Source: an uncultured Chloroflexia bacterium (GTDB lineage Bacteria > Chloroflexota > Limnocylindria > Limnocylindrales > CSP1-4). Taken from it: 64,000 nucleotides of DNA. The stretch is from the NCBI GenBank assembly GCA_963768655.1, contig CAVYIM010000003.1:416001-480000 (forward strand), given 5' to 3'. Below are positions 30,071-40,375 of the stretch, piece after piece. Position 1 is the first letter of the stretch. Each line of letters opens with the position of its first letter. The position numbers were made by a program, and so were the translations under genes. The notes beneath the pieces were generated by a model that was not told the DNA's origin, did no database searches, and worked only from the letters and a program-made list of their open reading frames with translations.

Positions 30071-30892
30071 ATGATCAGGGTTCATCAACACCCGCTCCTG
30101 TCGCGGCTCGGGACGATCGTGCTCCTCGCGCCGCTGGCGCTGCTGGCCCTTTCGGGTTGCAGCGGCGCCGCACCGACGTGCGCTCCGGGCGACGGCTCTT
30201 GTCTGAGGGTCCTCTTCATCGGGAACAGCTATACGTACGTGAACGACCTGCCAGGGACCCTCGCCAACCTTGCCCGGGCCGGCGGCCACACGATCCAGAC
30301 CGACTCTCTCGTCGCGGGCGGAGCGACGCTCGCCGATCACCTCGCCGACCCGGCCACGACGCCGAAGCTCGACTCGCTCATGTGGAACTTCGTCGTGCTG
30401 CAGGAGCAGAGCGAGACGCCGGCCGTCGAGTCCTGGCGCGAGTCCACGATGTATCCGGCGGTCAGAACCCTGGTCGCCATGGTTCGGCAGAGAGACGAGA
30501 CGCCGATCCTCTTCATGACCTGGGCCCACCGCGACGGACTGCCCGACAACGGCCTGCCCGACTACGAGTCCATGCAGCAGTCCATCGACCGCGGCTACGT
30601 GTCGATCGCGGCGGAGCTCCTGGCGCCGGTGGCGCCCGTCGGCGTCACGTGGTTCGTGGTGCGGCGACAGAACCCGGACATCGACCTGTGGCAGGACGAC
30701 GGCAGCCACCCATCGACCGCCGGCACGTACCTGGCGGCGTGCGTCTTCTACGCAGCCCTGTTCCGCCAGTCTCCCGAGGGACTGGGCTTCACCGATGGGC
30801 TTTCCACCGACGCGGCCTCGGTCCTGCAGAAGGCCGCTGCCGGGACCGTCCTGCCGAACCCGGCCCAGTGGTGGTTGCCCCAGACCGGGTAG
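30071..30892 (+). CDS. SGNH/GDSL-type hydrolase lipoprotein (DUF4886-like)
   Basis: Lipobox LSGC; VLFIGNSYT, VLQEQS, DGSHPS. Confidence 0.85.
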   Translation: MIRVHQHPLLSRLGTIVLLAPLALLALSGCSGAAPTCAPGDGSCLRVLFIGNSYTYVNDLPGTLANLARAGGHTIQTDSLVAGGATLADHLADPATTPKLDSLMWNFVVLQEQSETPAVESWRESTMYPAVRTLVAMVRQRDETPILFMTWAHRDGLPDNGLPDYESMQQSIDRGYVSIAAELLAPVAPVGVTWFVVRRQNPDIDLWQDDGSHPSTAGTYLAACVFYAALFRQSPEGLGFTDGLSTDAASVLQKAAAGTVLPNPAQWWLPQTG

Positions 30893-30905
30893 GAGCCGGC
30901 TCGGG

Positions 30906-32435
30906 TTACGACTGCGGCTCGAGCTGCCCGCCGCCGGCCAGGCTGTAAGTCTTGCCGCCGAGGCCGGAGTTCGCTGCCAGGCTCGCGTCGTACGTGACCG
31001 TGTGGCCGTTCCCGTGGACGTTCGCGATCGTAGTTCCAGAGATGCCGCTCGAGTCGGTCAGGCTCGTCAGCTTCGAATTGCCGGTGACGTTCCAGACGCT
31101 CGTCGCGTCCAGGGTCAGCGCCGCCGAGTCGATTTTGCCGGTGAGCGTGGTCCCGTCCTGCAGCGTCGCCGCGATCGAGCTGGCGCTGTCGCTCACCAGA
31201 TCACCCGTCATGATTTCGCCTTCGGCCGTGAAGACGACCGTGCCGCCGTTCGAGCCGCTGGTGCCCCAGCTGCCCGCGGCAGCCTTGATCAGAACGCCGC
31301 TCGCGGCCGTGACCGTCACACCCTTGAGCGTTATCACGCCGGTGGAGTTGGTGACGTAGAAGAGAGGCCCGGTGGCAGCCGTGTTGCTGAGCGAGCCGCC
31401 GGTCATCGTGAAGGTGCCTTTCGTCCCGGCGGCGTCGCCGGACATGCTCTGGTAGATCATGACGCCCCACTTGTCGGCCACGCTGGAGGTCAGCGTCGCG
31501 TCGGTCAGGGTGATCGAGTTGCCGCCCTCGATGACGGCCGACTCCGAGCCGGTCGAAGTGTAGGTGCCGCCGGTGGCGGTGATCGCGCCGGTCGAGTAGA
31601 TGGCGGGGGAGTTCTGCCCGGAGGTGGTCGCCGTGCCGCCGTTGACGGTGATGGTGCCGCCGCCACGGTCAGTGGCGATGGCGGCCGAGCTGGCGCCGGC
31701 CGTGGAGATGGTTACGTTGGTCAGGTTGACCGTGCCGCCGCCGCTGGCCATGGCGCCGTGGGCATACTGGCCGGTCGCCTTGATCGTGGCGCCGGAGACG
31801 ATCACCGAGGCGCTCGATCCATAGGCGAAGACACCGTTGGCGCCGTCGCCGGTCGTGGTCACGGAGCCGCCCGTCATCGTGATCTTGCCGCCGGACTGGG
31901 CCAGCACGCCGGCGTCCAGGCCGTAGAAGCTGCTCTCATCGCTCGACTTGCTGGCTCCCGAGGTCGAGACCGTGGCGTCGGTCAGGGTCAGCGATCCCGT
32001 CCCGTTCACGAGGATCCCGGACTGGTCTGATTCGGTGGCGTTGTAGGTGGTGCCAGACTCGCTGTCCGTGCCCGTGCTGAGGGTGTAGGCGCCGGTCGGC
32101 GTGTACTGGGCCGTTGACGAGCCGCCGCCGGGCGCGTTGCCGCCGGGTGCAGCGCCGCCGGCCCCGTTGCCCGGAGCGCCGGAAGGGGCTGCTCCGCCAG
32201 GACCGCCGGGCGCGCCGGAAGGCGGGGCGCCTCCGGGACCGCCGGGTGCCGAGCCGGACGCAGCGGCAGAGGTCGAGGGCGTGGCCGCTGCGGTGGTCGC
32301 GCCCTGGCTCGAGGTGGAGCAGGCCGCCAGGACGATCGCGAGGGCGCCGGTCAGCAGGACCAGACGGGTGACCGCACGCGCTCGCGGTCGCGTCCTGGGC
32401 GGGGCTGTGACGTTGGGATAAGCGTGCTCGGTCAT
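30906..32435 (-). CDS. Lipoprotein with Gly/Pro linker and a right-handed beta-helix (autotransporter passenger-like)
   Basis: Lipobox LAAC; GGPGGAPP repeats; T/S/G-rich beta-strand repeats; SFYG, AIATDRGGG, IYQSMSGDA. Confidence 0.8.
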   Translation of the reverse strand: MTEHAYPNVTAPPRTRPRARAVTRLVLLTGALAIVLAACSTSSQGATTAAATPSTSAAASGSAPGGPGGAPPSGAPGGPGGAAPSGAPGNGAGGAAPGGNAPGGGSSTAQYTPTGAYTLSTGTDSESGTTYNATESDQSGILVNGTGSLTLTDATVSTSGASKSSDESSFYGLDAGVLAQSGGKITMTGGSVTTTGDGANGVFAYGSSASVIVSGATIKATGQYAHGAMASGGGTVNLTNVTISTAGASSAAIATDRGGGTITVNGGTATTSGQNSPAIYSTGAITATGGTYTSTGSESAVIEGGNSITLTDATLTSSVADKWGVMIYQSMSGDAAGTKGTFTMTGGSLSNTAATGPLFYVTNSTGVITLKGVTVTAASGVLIKAAAGSWGTSGSNGGTVVFTAEGEIMTGDLVSDSASSIAATLQDGTTLTGKIDSAALTLDATSVWNVTGNSKLTSLTDSSGISGTTIANVHGNGHTVTYDASLAANSGLGGKTYSLAGGGQLEPQS

Positions 32436-32640
32436 GTCAGGGCGGTCCTTTCGCGAGTTGTGTCAGTCTGCCCAGTTCGGGCGTCGCGAAGGGCTGGGGA
32501 CGGGGCCCGGGATGTTTGGGCCTGCCCCGCGACGAGCTGATGGTTGCCGCTTCCCCCTTTCGAGAGGATTACGCTGCCCGGGCCCGGCGCGTGTCGCGCC
32601 TCCGGGCCATCGAACTGTGGCGCCGACCTCTCACCGGCGG

Positions 32641-32687
32641 TAGCATGCGCTCCTCGTCGATGAACCGACCGACCGGTCGGTCGGTTC
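32641..32687 (+). promoter_or_regulatory. -10 TAGCAT plus perfect 26-bp palindromic operator GAACCGACCGACCGGTCGGTCGGTTC (32662-32687)
   Basis: The 26-mer equals its own reverse complement; it lies between the -10 and the tetR RBS. Confidence 0.8.
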
Positions 32688-32720
32688 GGACGCGCGACTC
32701 CACCAGCCAGGAGACAGCCG

Positions 32721-33386
32721 ATGCGGCGCCAGCGCTCGCAACCTGCCGATCACGGTTGCGCCAGCCGCGAGACGATCCTCGACGGCGCCTTCGAGGCGTT
32801 CACGAAGGGCGGCTATCGAGACACGGCGATCGACGACATCGCGGCCGCGGCCGAGGTGTCGAAAGGCGGCATCTACCACCACTTCCCGACGAAGGAGGCG
32901 ATCTTCCGCGAGCTGATGCGGACGACTGCCGACAAGCTGGTCGGGAAGGTCGAGACAGCCGTGGCGGCCGAGTCGGATCCGATCCGCAAGGCCGAAGTCG
33001 CGCTGTCGACGGTGCTCGAGGTGTTCGCCGGCCACCGGACGATGGCTCGCCTGTTCTTCGAGGCCGGCGCGGGTGGACGGGGCTTCCAGGCCGAGACGAA
33101 CGCCCTGCACGACCGATTCGCCCGACTGATCCAGTCGTACCTGGACGATGCCATAGCGCAGGGAACGATTCCGCCGACCGATACGCGCGTCACCAGCGTC
33201 GTCTGGTTCGGAGCGCTGGACGAGGTCGTAGCGCGCTGGCTGCAGGCGGAGCGCCCGGTCCGGCTCGAAGACGCGTACCCGACACTGCGGGCGCTTCTGC
33301 TGCGGAGCGTCGGCGTGGCCGAGACTACGATCGCCGCCGGTCCGCAGGCGGTGCCCCTGGCCACGTTCCCGGAGCAGCCGAAGTGA
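32721..33386 (+). CDS. TetR/AcrR family transcriptional regulator heading the men operon
   Basis: ILDGAFEAFTKGGYRDTAIDDIAAAAEVSKGGIYHHFPTKE; stop overlaps the menF GTG. Confidence 0.95.
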   Translation: MRRQRSQPADHGCASRETILDGAFEAFTKGGYRDTAIDDIAAAAEVSKGGIYHHFPTKEAIFRELMRTTADKLVGKVETAVAAESDPIRKAEVALSTVLEVFAGHRTMARLFFEAGAGGRGFQAETNALHDRFARLIQSYLDDAIAQGTIPPTDTRVTSVVWFGALDEVVARWLQAERPVRLEDAYPTLRALLLRSVGVAETTIAAGPQAVPLATFPEQPK

Positions 33387-34783
33387 CGGTGCCGGCCGGA
33401 GCGACGGTGGGCGGATCGGGCGCCGGGCTGGTCGCGGCCAGCATCTTGATCGAGTCGTTCGATGCCGTCGCACTGTACGCCGCGGCGGTCGAAGTCGGCC
33501 TGGAGGCGACGCTGTGGGCTCGACCGAGCGAGAGCTTCTCTCTCGTCGGGGTCGGTCGAGCGTGGTCGATCGAACCGGCCGGACCGGAGCGGTTCCTCGA
33601 AGCGGACGCGGCCTGGCGGGAACTAGTGGACGGCGCCCGGATCTCCCGACCGGCCGACGTCCGCGGGCTCGGGCCGGTCCTGTTGGGCGGGATGGGATTC
33701 GTGGGTCGCGCGCCGGCGCCGGAGGCCGAGTGGTCGCCGTTCGGCGCGTGCTCGATGGTGGTGCCTTCGCTGGTGGCTCTCCGATCCGATACCGGGTCGT
33801 GGCTGACCACGTCGATCGCCGGCGACGGCGCGGCCGGCGGCCCGATTGCAGCCGAACTGGAGCGCACGTGGGCAAAGCTCGTCGCCCGCGCCGCCGAGCT
33901 TGCGCCGCCGGCCGCCGACCCGGCCCCGGCTCTGCCCGACGCCCCGCTCGCGATCGACGGGGAGTGGCCGACCGTCCGGCAGTGGCGCCACATCGTCGGC
34001 CTGGCCACGGGCGCCGTCGGTCGCGGCCGGATCGACAAGGTCGTGTTCGCCCGCCGGGTCGACCTGTCGTCGCCCGCCGCGCTCGACGTGCCGGGCGCCC
34101 TTCGCCGCCTCTCCGCCAGCGCGCCCGAGAGCACCGTCTTCGCCTTCCGGCGCGGGGAGGCGCAGTTCATCGGGGCCACGCCGGAGCGGCTCGTTCGCGC
34201 CGAGGGTCGGACCTATCGCACCGCCGCCGTCGCCGGCTCGATCCGGCGCGGTGCCGATGCAGCGGAGGATGCCGCCCTCGCCACCGAACTGCTGGCGTCG
34301 GAGAAGGAGCGCGAGGAGCACGCCGTAGTCGTCCGCGCGATCCGCCGCGGGCTCACGCCCATCTCCGAGCAGATCCAGATCGCCGCCGAGCCGAGCGTCC
34401 TGGTGCTTCGCCACGTCCAGCACCTCGTGACGGAGATCACGGGGACGCTGCGGGTCCAGGAAGGGCTGCTGTCTCTGGCCGGGCGGCTGCATCCCACGCC
34501 GGCCGTCGGCGGCGAGCCGCGCGACCTGGCTCTGGCGATGATCGACGAGCACGAAGGATTCGATCGGGGCTGGTACGCCGGCCCGGTCGGATGGCTGAGC
34601 GCCGACGGCGACGGCGAATTGATGGTGGCCCTCCGCTGCGGTCTGGTTCAGGATCGCTGCGTCACGCTCTACGCCGGGTGCGGCATCGTCGCCGACTCGG
34701 ACCCCGACCGCGAATGGGAGGAATCGAGGATCAAGATGCGAGCGGTGGCTGCGGCCCTGGGCCGGGCCGGGGACGAGCCGTGA
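33383..34783 (+). CDS. menF: Isochorismate synthase
   Basis: KVVFAR, FIGATPERL, AGSIRRG, KEREEH, LHPTPAVGG, RGWYAGPVG, YAGCGIVADSDP. Confidence 0.93.
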   Translation: MTVPAGATVGGSGAGLVAASILIESFDAVALYAAAVEVGLEATLWARPSESFSLVGVGRAWSIEPAGPERFLEADAAWRELVDGARISRPADVRGLGPVLLGGMGFVGRAPAPEAEWSPFGACSMVVPSLVALRSDTGSWLTTSIAGDGAAGGPIAAELERTWAKLVARAAELAPPAADPAPALPDAPLAIDGEWPTVRQWRHIVGLATGAVGRGRIDKVVFARRVDLSSPAALDVPGALRRLSASAPESTVFAFRRGEAQFIGATPERLVRAEGRTYRTAAVAGSIRRGADAAEDAALATELLASEKEREEHAVVVRAIRRGLTPISEQIQIAAEPSVLVLRHVQHLVTEITGTLRVQEGLLSLAGRLHPTPAVGGEPRDLALAMIDEHEGFDRGWYAGPVGWLSADGDGELMVALRCGLVQDRCVTLYAGCGIVADSDPDREWEESRIKMRAVAAALGRAGDEP

Positions 34784-36618
34784 GCGCGACCGGCGGCCGG
34801 CCGAGCCAGCTCCGCGCGTTCGTTGAAGAGCTTGCCAGGGCCGGGGTTCGCGACGCCGTCGTCTGTCCCGGCTCTCGTTCCACGCCGCTGGCGCTGGCGC
34901 TTCGCGCCCACGATCGCATCCGAGTCCGGGTCCTGATCGACGAACGCTCCGCAGGATTCTTCGCTCTCGGCATTGCCCGCACGACGGGGCGTGCCGTCGT
35001 TCTGCTCGGGACTTCGGGCACCGCCGCGGCCAACTTCGCGCCGGCGGTCGTGGAGGCGTCGTTGAGCCGCGTGCCACTCGTGATCCTGACCGCGGATCGG
35101 CCGGCGGAGCTGCAGGATCGCGGCGCGCCGCAGACGATCGACCAGGACCATCTTTACGGCCGCCGCGCGAAGTGGTTCGCGGGGGTCGATCTGACCGACG
35201 GGGCGCCGGACACGATGGCCCACGTCCGATCGGTGGCAGGGCGGGCGGTCGCGACGGCGGTCGAAGGGCCGGCCGGGCCGGTTCACCTGAACTTGCCGCT
35301 GCGCGAGCCGCTCATCCCGACCGAGGACCTGGGCGCGATCGAGGGCCCGATCGGGGAGCGCGACCCCGCGGCCGGCGGCGCGGCGCCTTTCGCTGCCGCG
35401 GTCTCCGGACGACGAACGCTCGAGCCCGACCAGGTCGATACGATCGCCCGGCGCCTGGCCGCCGCGAATCACGGGCTGATCGTCGCCGGCCCGCTCGACG
35501 ATCCGGCCACTCACGATCCGATCGCCCGCCTTGCCGCCGCGACCGGCTACCCGATCCTGGCCGACCCGCTCTCGGGCCTGCGCCGCGGCCCGCACGATCG
35601 CTCGCTCATCCTCTCCCACGCCGACCACATCGTCCGGCCGGGGCCTTGGATCGACGCCCATCGGCCCGAGCTCGTCGTTCGCTTCGGGGCGATGCCGACA
35701 TCCAAGCCGATCACGGAGCTGATGCGCGGCGTCGCCCCGGACCTGTTCGTCGTCGACGGCGGCGGCGGCTGGCGCGAGGCGGCGCTGGTTCCGGCCACGT
35801 TCGTTCACGCGGATGCCGCGTCGGCGGCCACGGCGCTGGCCGATGCGCTTGAGAGCGCGCGGTTGGCGGGCTCGGACCCCGGGCCGTCGCGCCGCCCCTG
35901 GACCGAGGCCTGGCTCGCGGCCGAAAGGGCCGCCGGCCGGGCCCTCGACGCCTGGCTCGATGGGCTGCGCGAGCCGTTCGAGGGGTCGCCGTTCAAGGCG
36001 CTCGGCGACGTCCTCCCGGCCGGAGCTCTGCTGTGGGCCGGCAACTCGATGCCGGTGCGCGACATGGACGCCTGGCTTCCCGCGGGCGAGCGGGCCATTC
36101 GCGTGCTCGGGAACCGCGGGGCCAACGGCATCGACGGCGTGACCTCGACCGCGCTTGGCTCGGCCGCCGTGGCCGGCGGTCCGGTCGTGCTGGTTGTCGG
36201 CGACGTCTCGTTCCTGCACGATCTCGGTGCGCTGGTCACGGCCCGACTGCACGAGGTCGATCTCATGGTCGTCCTGGTCAACAACGACGGCGGCGGCATC
36301 TTCTCGCTGCTGCCCCAGGCTCGAACGGCGGCGCCCGGAGCCGGCCTGCCGGCCCACTACGAGGAGCTATTCGGGACGCCGCACGGAATCGCGCTCGGGC
36401 CGATCGTCGAGGCGTTTGGGTTCCGGCACCGCGCCGTGGAGAGTGGCGGCTACGCGGACCTGCGCGCCGCCATCGAGGCGGAGATGGGCCGGCCGGGGCT
36501 GCGGGTGCTCGAGCTGCGGACGGCTCGGGCGCGCAACGCCGAGCTGCACGGAGCCGCGGCCGCCGCAGCGGCATCGGCCCTGGCGACGCTCGCCGGCGAA
36601 ACGGAGCGGACCCCATGA
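34780..36618 (+). CDS. menD: SEPHCHC synthase
   Basis: [61 protein letters not shown]. Confidence 0.96.
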   Translation: MSATGGRPSQLRAFVEELARAGVRDAVVCPGSRSTPLALALRAHDRIRVRVLIDERSAGFFALGIARTTGRAVVLLGTSGTAAANFAPAVVEASLSRVPLVILTADRPAELQDRGAPQTIDQDHLYGRRAKWFAGVDLTDGAPDTMAHVRSVAGRAVATAVEGPAGPVHLNLPLREPLIPTEDLGAIEGPIGERDPAAGGAAPFAAAVSGRRTLEPDQVDTIARRLAAANHGLIVAGPLDDPATHDPIARLAAATGYPILADPLSGLRRGPHDRSLILSHADHIVRPGPWIDAHRPELVVRFGAMPTSKPITELMRGVAPDLFVVDGGGGWREAALVPATFVHADAASAATALADALESARLAGSDPGPSRRPWTEAWLAAERAAGRALDAWLDGLREPFEGSPFKALGDVLPAGALLWAGNSMPVRDMDAWLPAGERAIRVLGNRGANGIDGVTSTALGSAAVAGGPVVLVVGDVSFLHDLGALVTARLHEVDLMVVLVNNDGGGIFSLLPQARTAAPGAGLPAHYEELFGTPHGIALGPIVEAFGFRHRAVESGGYADLRAAIEAEMGRPGLRVLELRTARARNAELHGAAAAAAASALATLAGETERTP

Positions 36619-37460
36619 CCCGCATCCACGTCGATGGTGCGAGCTACGAGCTGCGAACCGGCGGCGCCGGCCCGCCGCTGCTGTTGATTCACGGTTTCAC
36701 CGGCCGTGGCTCCGATTGGGCGCCGTTCCTGCCGGCGCTGAGCCAGAAGACCACGACGATCACGGTCGATCTCCTCGGCCACGGCGACTCCGACGCGCCG
36801 CCCGAACCGGCCCGTCACGCCGTCGAACGCCAGGCTGCGGACCTGGCCGCCATCCTCCGCCGGCTCGGGGCCGCGCCGGCGGCCGTGGTCGGCTACTCGC
36901 TCGGCGCTCGGGTCGCGCTCCGGATGGCAGTCGCCTCGTCCGGGGTGGTCGCCAGGCTGATGCTCGAGAGCCCGTCGGCTGGAATCGCCGATACGGCCGA
37001 GCGCGCCGCCCGCCGCGATGCCGACGAACAGCTGGCGCGGCTCCTCGATCGCGGGCGGATCGAAGCCTTCGTGGACCGCTGGGAGGAGCAGCCGCTCTTC
37101 GCGGCCGAGCAGGCGCTCGGAGACGAGATCCGGGGCCGCCTCCACGCGGCGCGCCTGCACAACCGCCCCGCTGGCCTGGCCGCATCGCTGCGCGGGGCCG
37201 GTCAGGGCGCGATGGAGCCGCTCCACGGCCGTCTCTCGGGTGTGAAGGCGCCGACCGTCGTGCTCGCCGGGGTGCTCGACGAGGCCGGCTCGGAGCGGGC
37301 TCGGGGGATCGCGGCGGGTATTCCAGGGGCGCGTCTGACCATCCTGGAAGGCGTCGGCCACGCCCCGCATCGCGAGGCTCCAGACCGCGTGGCCGAGATC
37401 CTCCTCGAGTTCATCGCTCGCCCGGCCCCGCTCCACGCCACCGAAAGGGAACCGACATGA
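36615..37460 (+). CDS. menH: SHCHC synthase (alpha/beta hydrolase)
   Basis: [32 protein letters not shown]; position between menD and menB. Confidence 0.92.
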   Translation: MTRIHVDGASYELRTGGAGPPLLLIHGFTGRGSDWAPFLPALSQKTTTITVDLLGHGDSDAPPEPARHAVERQAADLAAILRRLGAAPAAVVGYSLGARVALRMAVASSGVVARLMLESPSAGIADTAERAARRDADEQLARLLDRGRIEAFVDRWEEQPLFAAEQALGDEIRGRLHAARLHNRPAGLAASLRGAGQGAMEPLHGRLSGVKAPTVVLAGVLDEAGSERARGIAAGIPGARLTILEGVGHAPHREAPDRVAEILLEFIARPAPLHATEREPT

Positions 37461-38290
37461 CAGACGGCACCGAGATCACCTGGACGCCGGTCGTGGAGTA
37501 CCGGGACATCCGCTACGAGCATTCCGGCACCGGCATCGCGCTCGTGACCATCAACCGTCCGGAAGTGCGCAACGCCTTCCGGCCGGAGACCGTGGCCGAG
37601 CTGATCGACGCCTTCCGACGCATTCGAGACGACGGTTCGATCGGGTGCGTCCTGCTGACCGGAGCCGGCGACAAGGCCTTCTGCTCGGGCGGAGACCTGC
37701 GCGTCAAGGGTCGCGGCGGCTACGTCGGCGAGGATGGGCTGGCGCGACTCAACGTCCTCGACCTGCAGCGCCAGATCCGATCGCTGCCGGTGCCGGTCAT
37801 CGCCCTTGTGAACGGCTTCGCGATCGGCGGTGGACACGTCCTGCACATCGTCTGCGATCTTTCGATCGCGTCGGAGGATGCCATCTTCGGCCAGGTCGGG
37901 CCGCAGGTCGGCAGCTTCGACGCGGGCTTCGGGATCGGGCTTCTGGCCCGGCTCGTCGGCGACAAGAAGGCCAAGGAGATGTGGTTCCTGTGCCGCCGCT
38001 ACGACGCACGCCAGGCGCTCGAGATGGGCCTCGTCAACGCCGTGGTGCCGCCGGAGCGGCTGCTCGCCGAGGGCGTCGCCTGGGCCGACGAGATTCTGGC
38101 CATGAGCCCGACGGCGATCCGATTCCTCAAGTCGGCGTTCCTGGTCGCCACCGACGGCCTGGCCGGTCTGCAGGAGTTCGCGGGCAACGCGACCGGCCTG
38201 TACTACACGACCGACGAAGCTCACGAGGGTTCGACGGCATTCCTCGAGAAGCGCAAGCCCGACTTCAGGCGCTTCCCCCGGCGACCGTGA
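37457..38290 (+). CDS. menB: 1,4-dihydroxy-2-naphthoyl-CoA synthase
   Basis: [38 protein letters not shown]. Confidence 0.97.
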   Translation: MTDGTEITWTPVVEYRDIRYEHSGTGIALVTINRPEVRNAFRPETVAELIDAFRRIRDDGSIGCVLLTGAGDKAFCSGGDLRVKGRGGYVGEDGLARLNVLDLQRQIRSLPVPVIALVNGFAIGGGHVLHIVCDLSIASEDAIFGQVGPQVGSFDAGFGIGLLARLVGDKKAKEMWFLCRRYDARQALEMGLVNAVVPPERLLAEGVAWADEILAMSPTAIRFLKSAFLVATDGLAGLQEFAGNATGLYYTTDEAHEGSTAFLEKRKPDFRRFPRRP

Positions 38291-38300
38291 GGCCGCGCGG

Positions 38301-39272
38301 ATGAGCGCCGCTGCCCCCGGCGCCGCTGCCCCCGGCGCCGCTGCCCCCGGCGCCGCCGCGGCGATCGATCGGCCGCCTTCGAGCCTTCGGGTCTGGCTGC
38401 TGGCGGTTCGCCCGGCCACGCTGCCGGCTTCGATCGCGCCGGTGCTCGTCGGGCTGGGCGCCGCGATCGGCTCCGGCGTCGCGTTTCGACCGGGCGCCGC
38501 GGCGGCCTGTCTCGCCGTGGGACTGCTGCTCCAGATCGCGGCCAACCTGGCCAACGACCTGGCCGATTTCCGGCGCGGCGCCGACACGCCGGATCGGATG
38601 GGACCTGTCCGCGTGGCGGCTGCGGGGCTGCTGACCGAGGGCCGGCTCGAGGTCGGGATCGGGACCGTCATCGCCGCGTCGGCGGTCTTCGGCGTGTACC
38701 TGGCCGCGGTGGGCGGACCCGGCATGCTGGTCGTGGGCGCCCTCGCGGTGATCTCCGCCCTCGCCTACACCGGAGGCCCGTGGCCCTACGGCTACCGCGG
38801 CCTGGGCGAGGTCTTCGTTTTCGTCTTCTTCGGCCTCGTCGCGACCGGCGTGACGGCGTACCTGCAAGCCGGTCGAGTCGAATGGGTGTACGTGCTCGCC
38901 GCGGTGCCGATGGGGGCGCTCATCACGGGGGTCCTGATCGTGAACAACCTGCGCGACATCCCGACGGATCGGGCGGCGGGTAAGCGGACGCTGGCGGTCA
39001 GCTTCGGCGAGGGATTCGCGAAGGCCGAGTACTACGCGACGCTGGCCGTCGCGGCAGTCGTGCCGGTGGGCCTGCTCGCGGCGCGGCTTGCCGGCCCGGC
39101 GGTATTGCTGCCTTTGCTCTCGGGGCTCATGGTTCCGCCGCTGGTGCGAGAGGTGCGGGCGGTCGGGCCGGCGTCCGATCGGCGGCGGCTGAACCTCGTG
39201 CTGAAGGGCACGGCCCGGCTGTCGCTGGCCTACGGCGTGCTGTTCGCAATCGGGCTGGCTGGACCCCGATGA
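38301..39272 (+). CDS. menA: DHNA polyprenyltransferase
   Basis: RPATLPAS, NLANDLADFRRGAD, YTGGPWPYGYRGLGE, NNLRDIPTDRAAGKRTLAV. Confidence 0.95.
   Translation: MSAAAPGAAAPGAAAPGAAAAIDRPPSSLRVWLLAVRPATLPASIAPVLVGLGAAIGSGVAFRPGAAAACLAVGLLLQIAANLANDLADFRRGADTPDRMGPVRVAAAGLLTEGRLEVGIGTVIAASAVFGVYLAAVGGPGMLVVGALAVISALAYTGGPWPYGYRGLGEVFVFVFFGLVATGVTAYLQAGRVEWVYVLAAVPMGALITGVLIVNNLRDIPTDRAAGKRTLAVSFGEGFAKAEYYATLAVAAVVPVGLLAARLAGPAVLLPLLSGLMVPPLVREVRAVGPASDRRRLNLVLKGTARLSLAYGVLFAIGLAGPR
38307..38351 (+). repeat. 15-bp tandem repeat GCCGCTGCCCCCGGC x3 (AAAPG) in the menA 5' end
   Basis: Three exact copies visible. Confidence 0.9.
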
Positions 39273-40375
39273 GCAGCACCGTCGTCGCGGCCGAGGCGAT
39301 CCGGGTTCGGGTGCCGTTCTGGCGGCCCATCCGCACGGCGGCCGGAAACTGGACTCATCGCGAATCGTGGATCCTGCGGCTGTGGGACGCCGACGGCGCG
39401 GTCGGACTTGGCGAGGCGGCTCTGGACTTCGACGCGCGGAAGGCCGCGTCGGCCGAGCTGGCCCGGCTGGTCCGCGATGTTGTCGAACGTCTGCAGTCAG
39501 TCGGTCGGTTGCCGGGTGGCAAGGAATTGGGAGCGGCCGGCGTACCGGCTCGCGCGCTGCTATGCGCGGTCGTTTCGGCCTACCACGATTTTGGCCGCGC
39601 ATTCCGGAAAAGCGTTCCTGGCGGCTCGGTGGGCGTCAACGCCACGATCGGATACCTGGAAATGCCGCAGCTGGAAGCCGCGGCACGGGACGCCGTCGCC
39701 GCCGGCTTCGGCACGATCAAGATGAAGGTCGGCCCGGAACGCGACACCGCCGAGCTGGTCGAGCGCGTGGCCGCGGTCCGGGCGGCCGCCGGCTCAGGCG
39801 CACGGCTTCGGCTCGACGCGAACGGGGCCTGGGACGTCGCCACCGCTCGCGAGCGGATCGCGGCCGTCGCGCAATTCGACATCGAATACGTCGAGCAGCC
39901 GGTGGCCCCTGGCGACCCGCGCCATCTGGCGGCCGTCAGCGATGGGTCAGCGGTGCCGATCGCCGCGGACGAATCGGTGTGCTGCGTGAAAGCCGCCCGC
40001 GAACTGCTGGACGCTGAGGCGGCCGACGTCCTTGTCGTCAAGCTGGCGCGAGTCGGCGGACAGCAGAAGGCCATGTTGATCGCTGCGCCGGCCGCTGCGA
40101 AGGGCGTGCCCGTGGTCATCTCCACGCTCTTCGAGACGGGAGTAGGCATCTCGGCCGCGCTTGGGGCGGCAGTGGCGGTGGGGGTCCCAGACCGCGTGCC
40201 GCCCAATCTCGCGGGACTGGCCCACGGCCTCGCGACGGCGGACCTGCTCGAGTCCGATCTCCTCGGGAGCCCGCTGCGGGTCATGGGCGGTCGCATGGTC
40301 GTGCCGGCGGAGATTGCGCTCGACGAGGACGCGGTCGAGCGGTACGCGGTCGAGAAGATCGGCATGCGGCCGTGA
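39269..40375 (+). CDS. menC: o-succinylbenzoate synthase (enolase superfamily)
   Basis: KMKVG, LRLDANGAW, YVEQP, AADES; men operon context. Confidence 0.88.
   Translation: MSSTVVAAEAIRVRVPFWRPIRTAAGNWTHRESWILRLWDADGAVGLGEAALDFDARKAASAELARLVRDVVERLQSVGRLPGGKELGAAGVPARALLCAVVSAYHDFGRAFRKSVPGGSVGVNATIGYLEMPQLEAAARDAVAAGFGTIKMKVGPERDTAELVERVAAVRAAAGSGARLRLDANGAWDVATARERIAAVAQFDIEYVEQPVAPGDPRHLAAVSDGSAVPIAADESVCCVKAARELLDAEAADVLVVKLARVGGQQKAMLIAAPAAAKGVPVVISTLFETGVGISAALGAAVAVGVPDRVPPNLAGLAHGLATADLLESDLLGSPLRVMGGRMVVPAEIALDEDAVERYAVEKIGMRP

Noticed and set aside
33514-34779. Apparent 1034-aa MenD with a long N-terminal extension (likewise extended ORFs for MenF, MenH, MenB)
   Set aside because: Extensions are Arg/Pro-rich off-frame read-through of the upstream gene; true starts sit at the 4-nt overlaps
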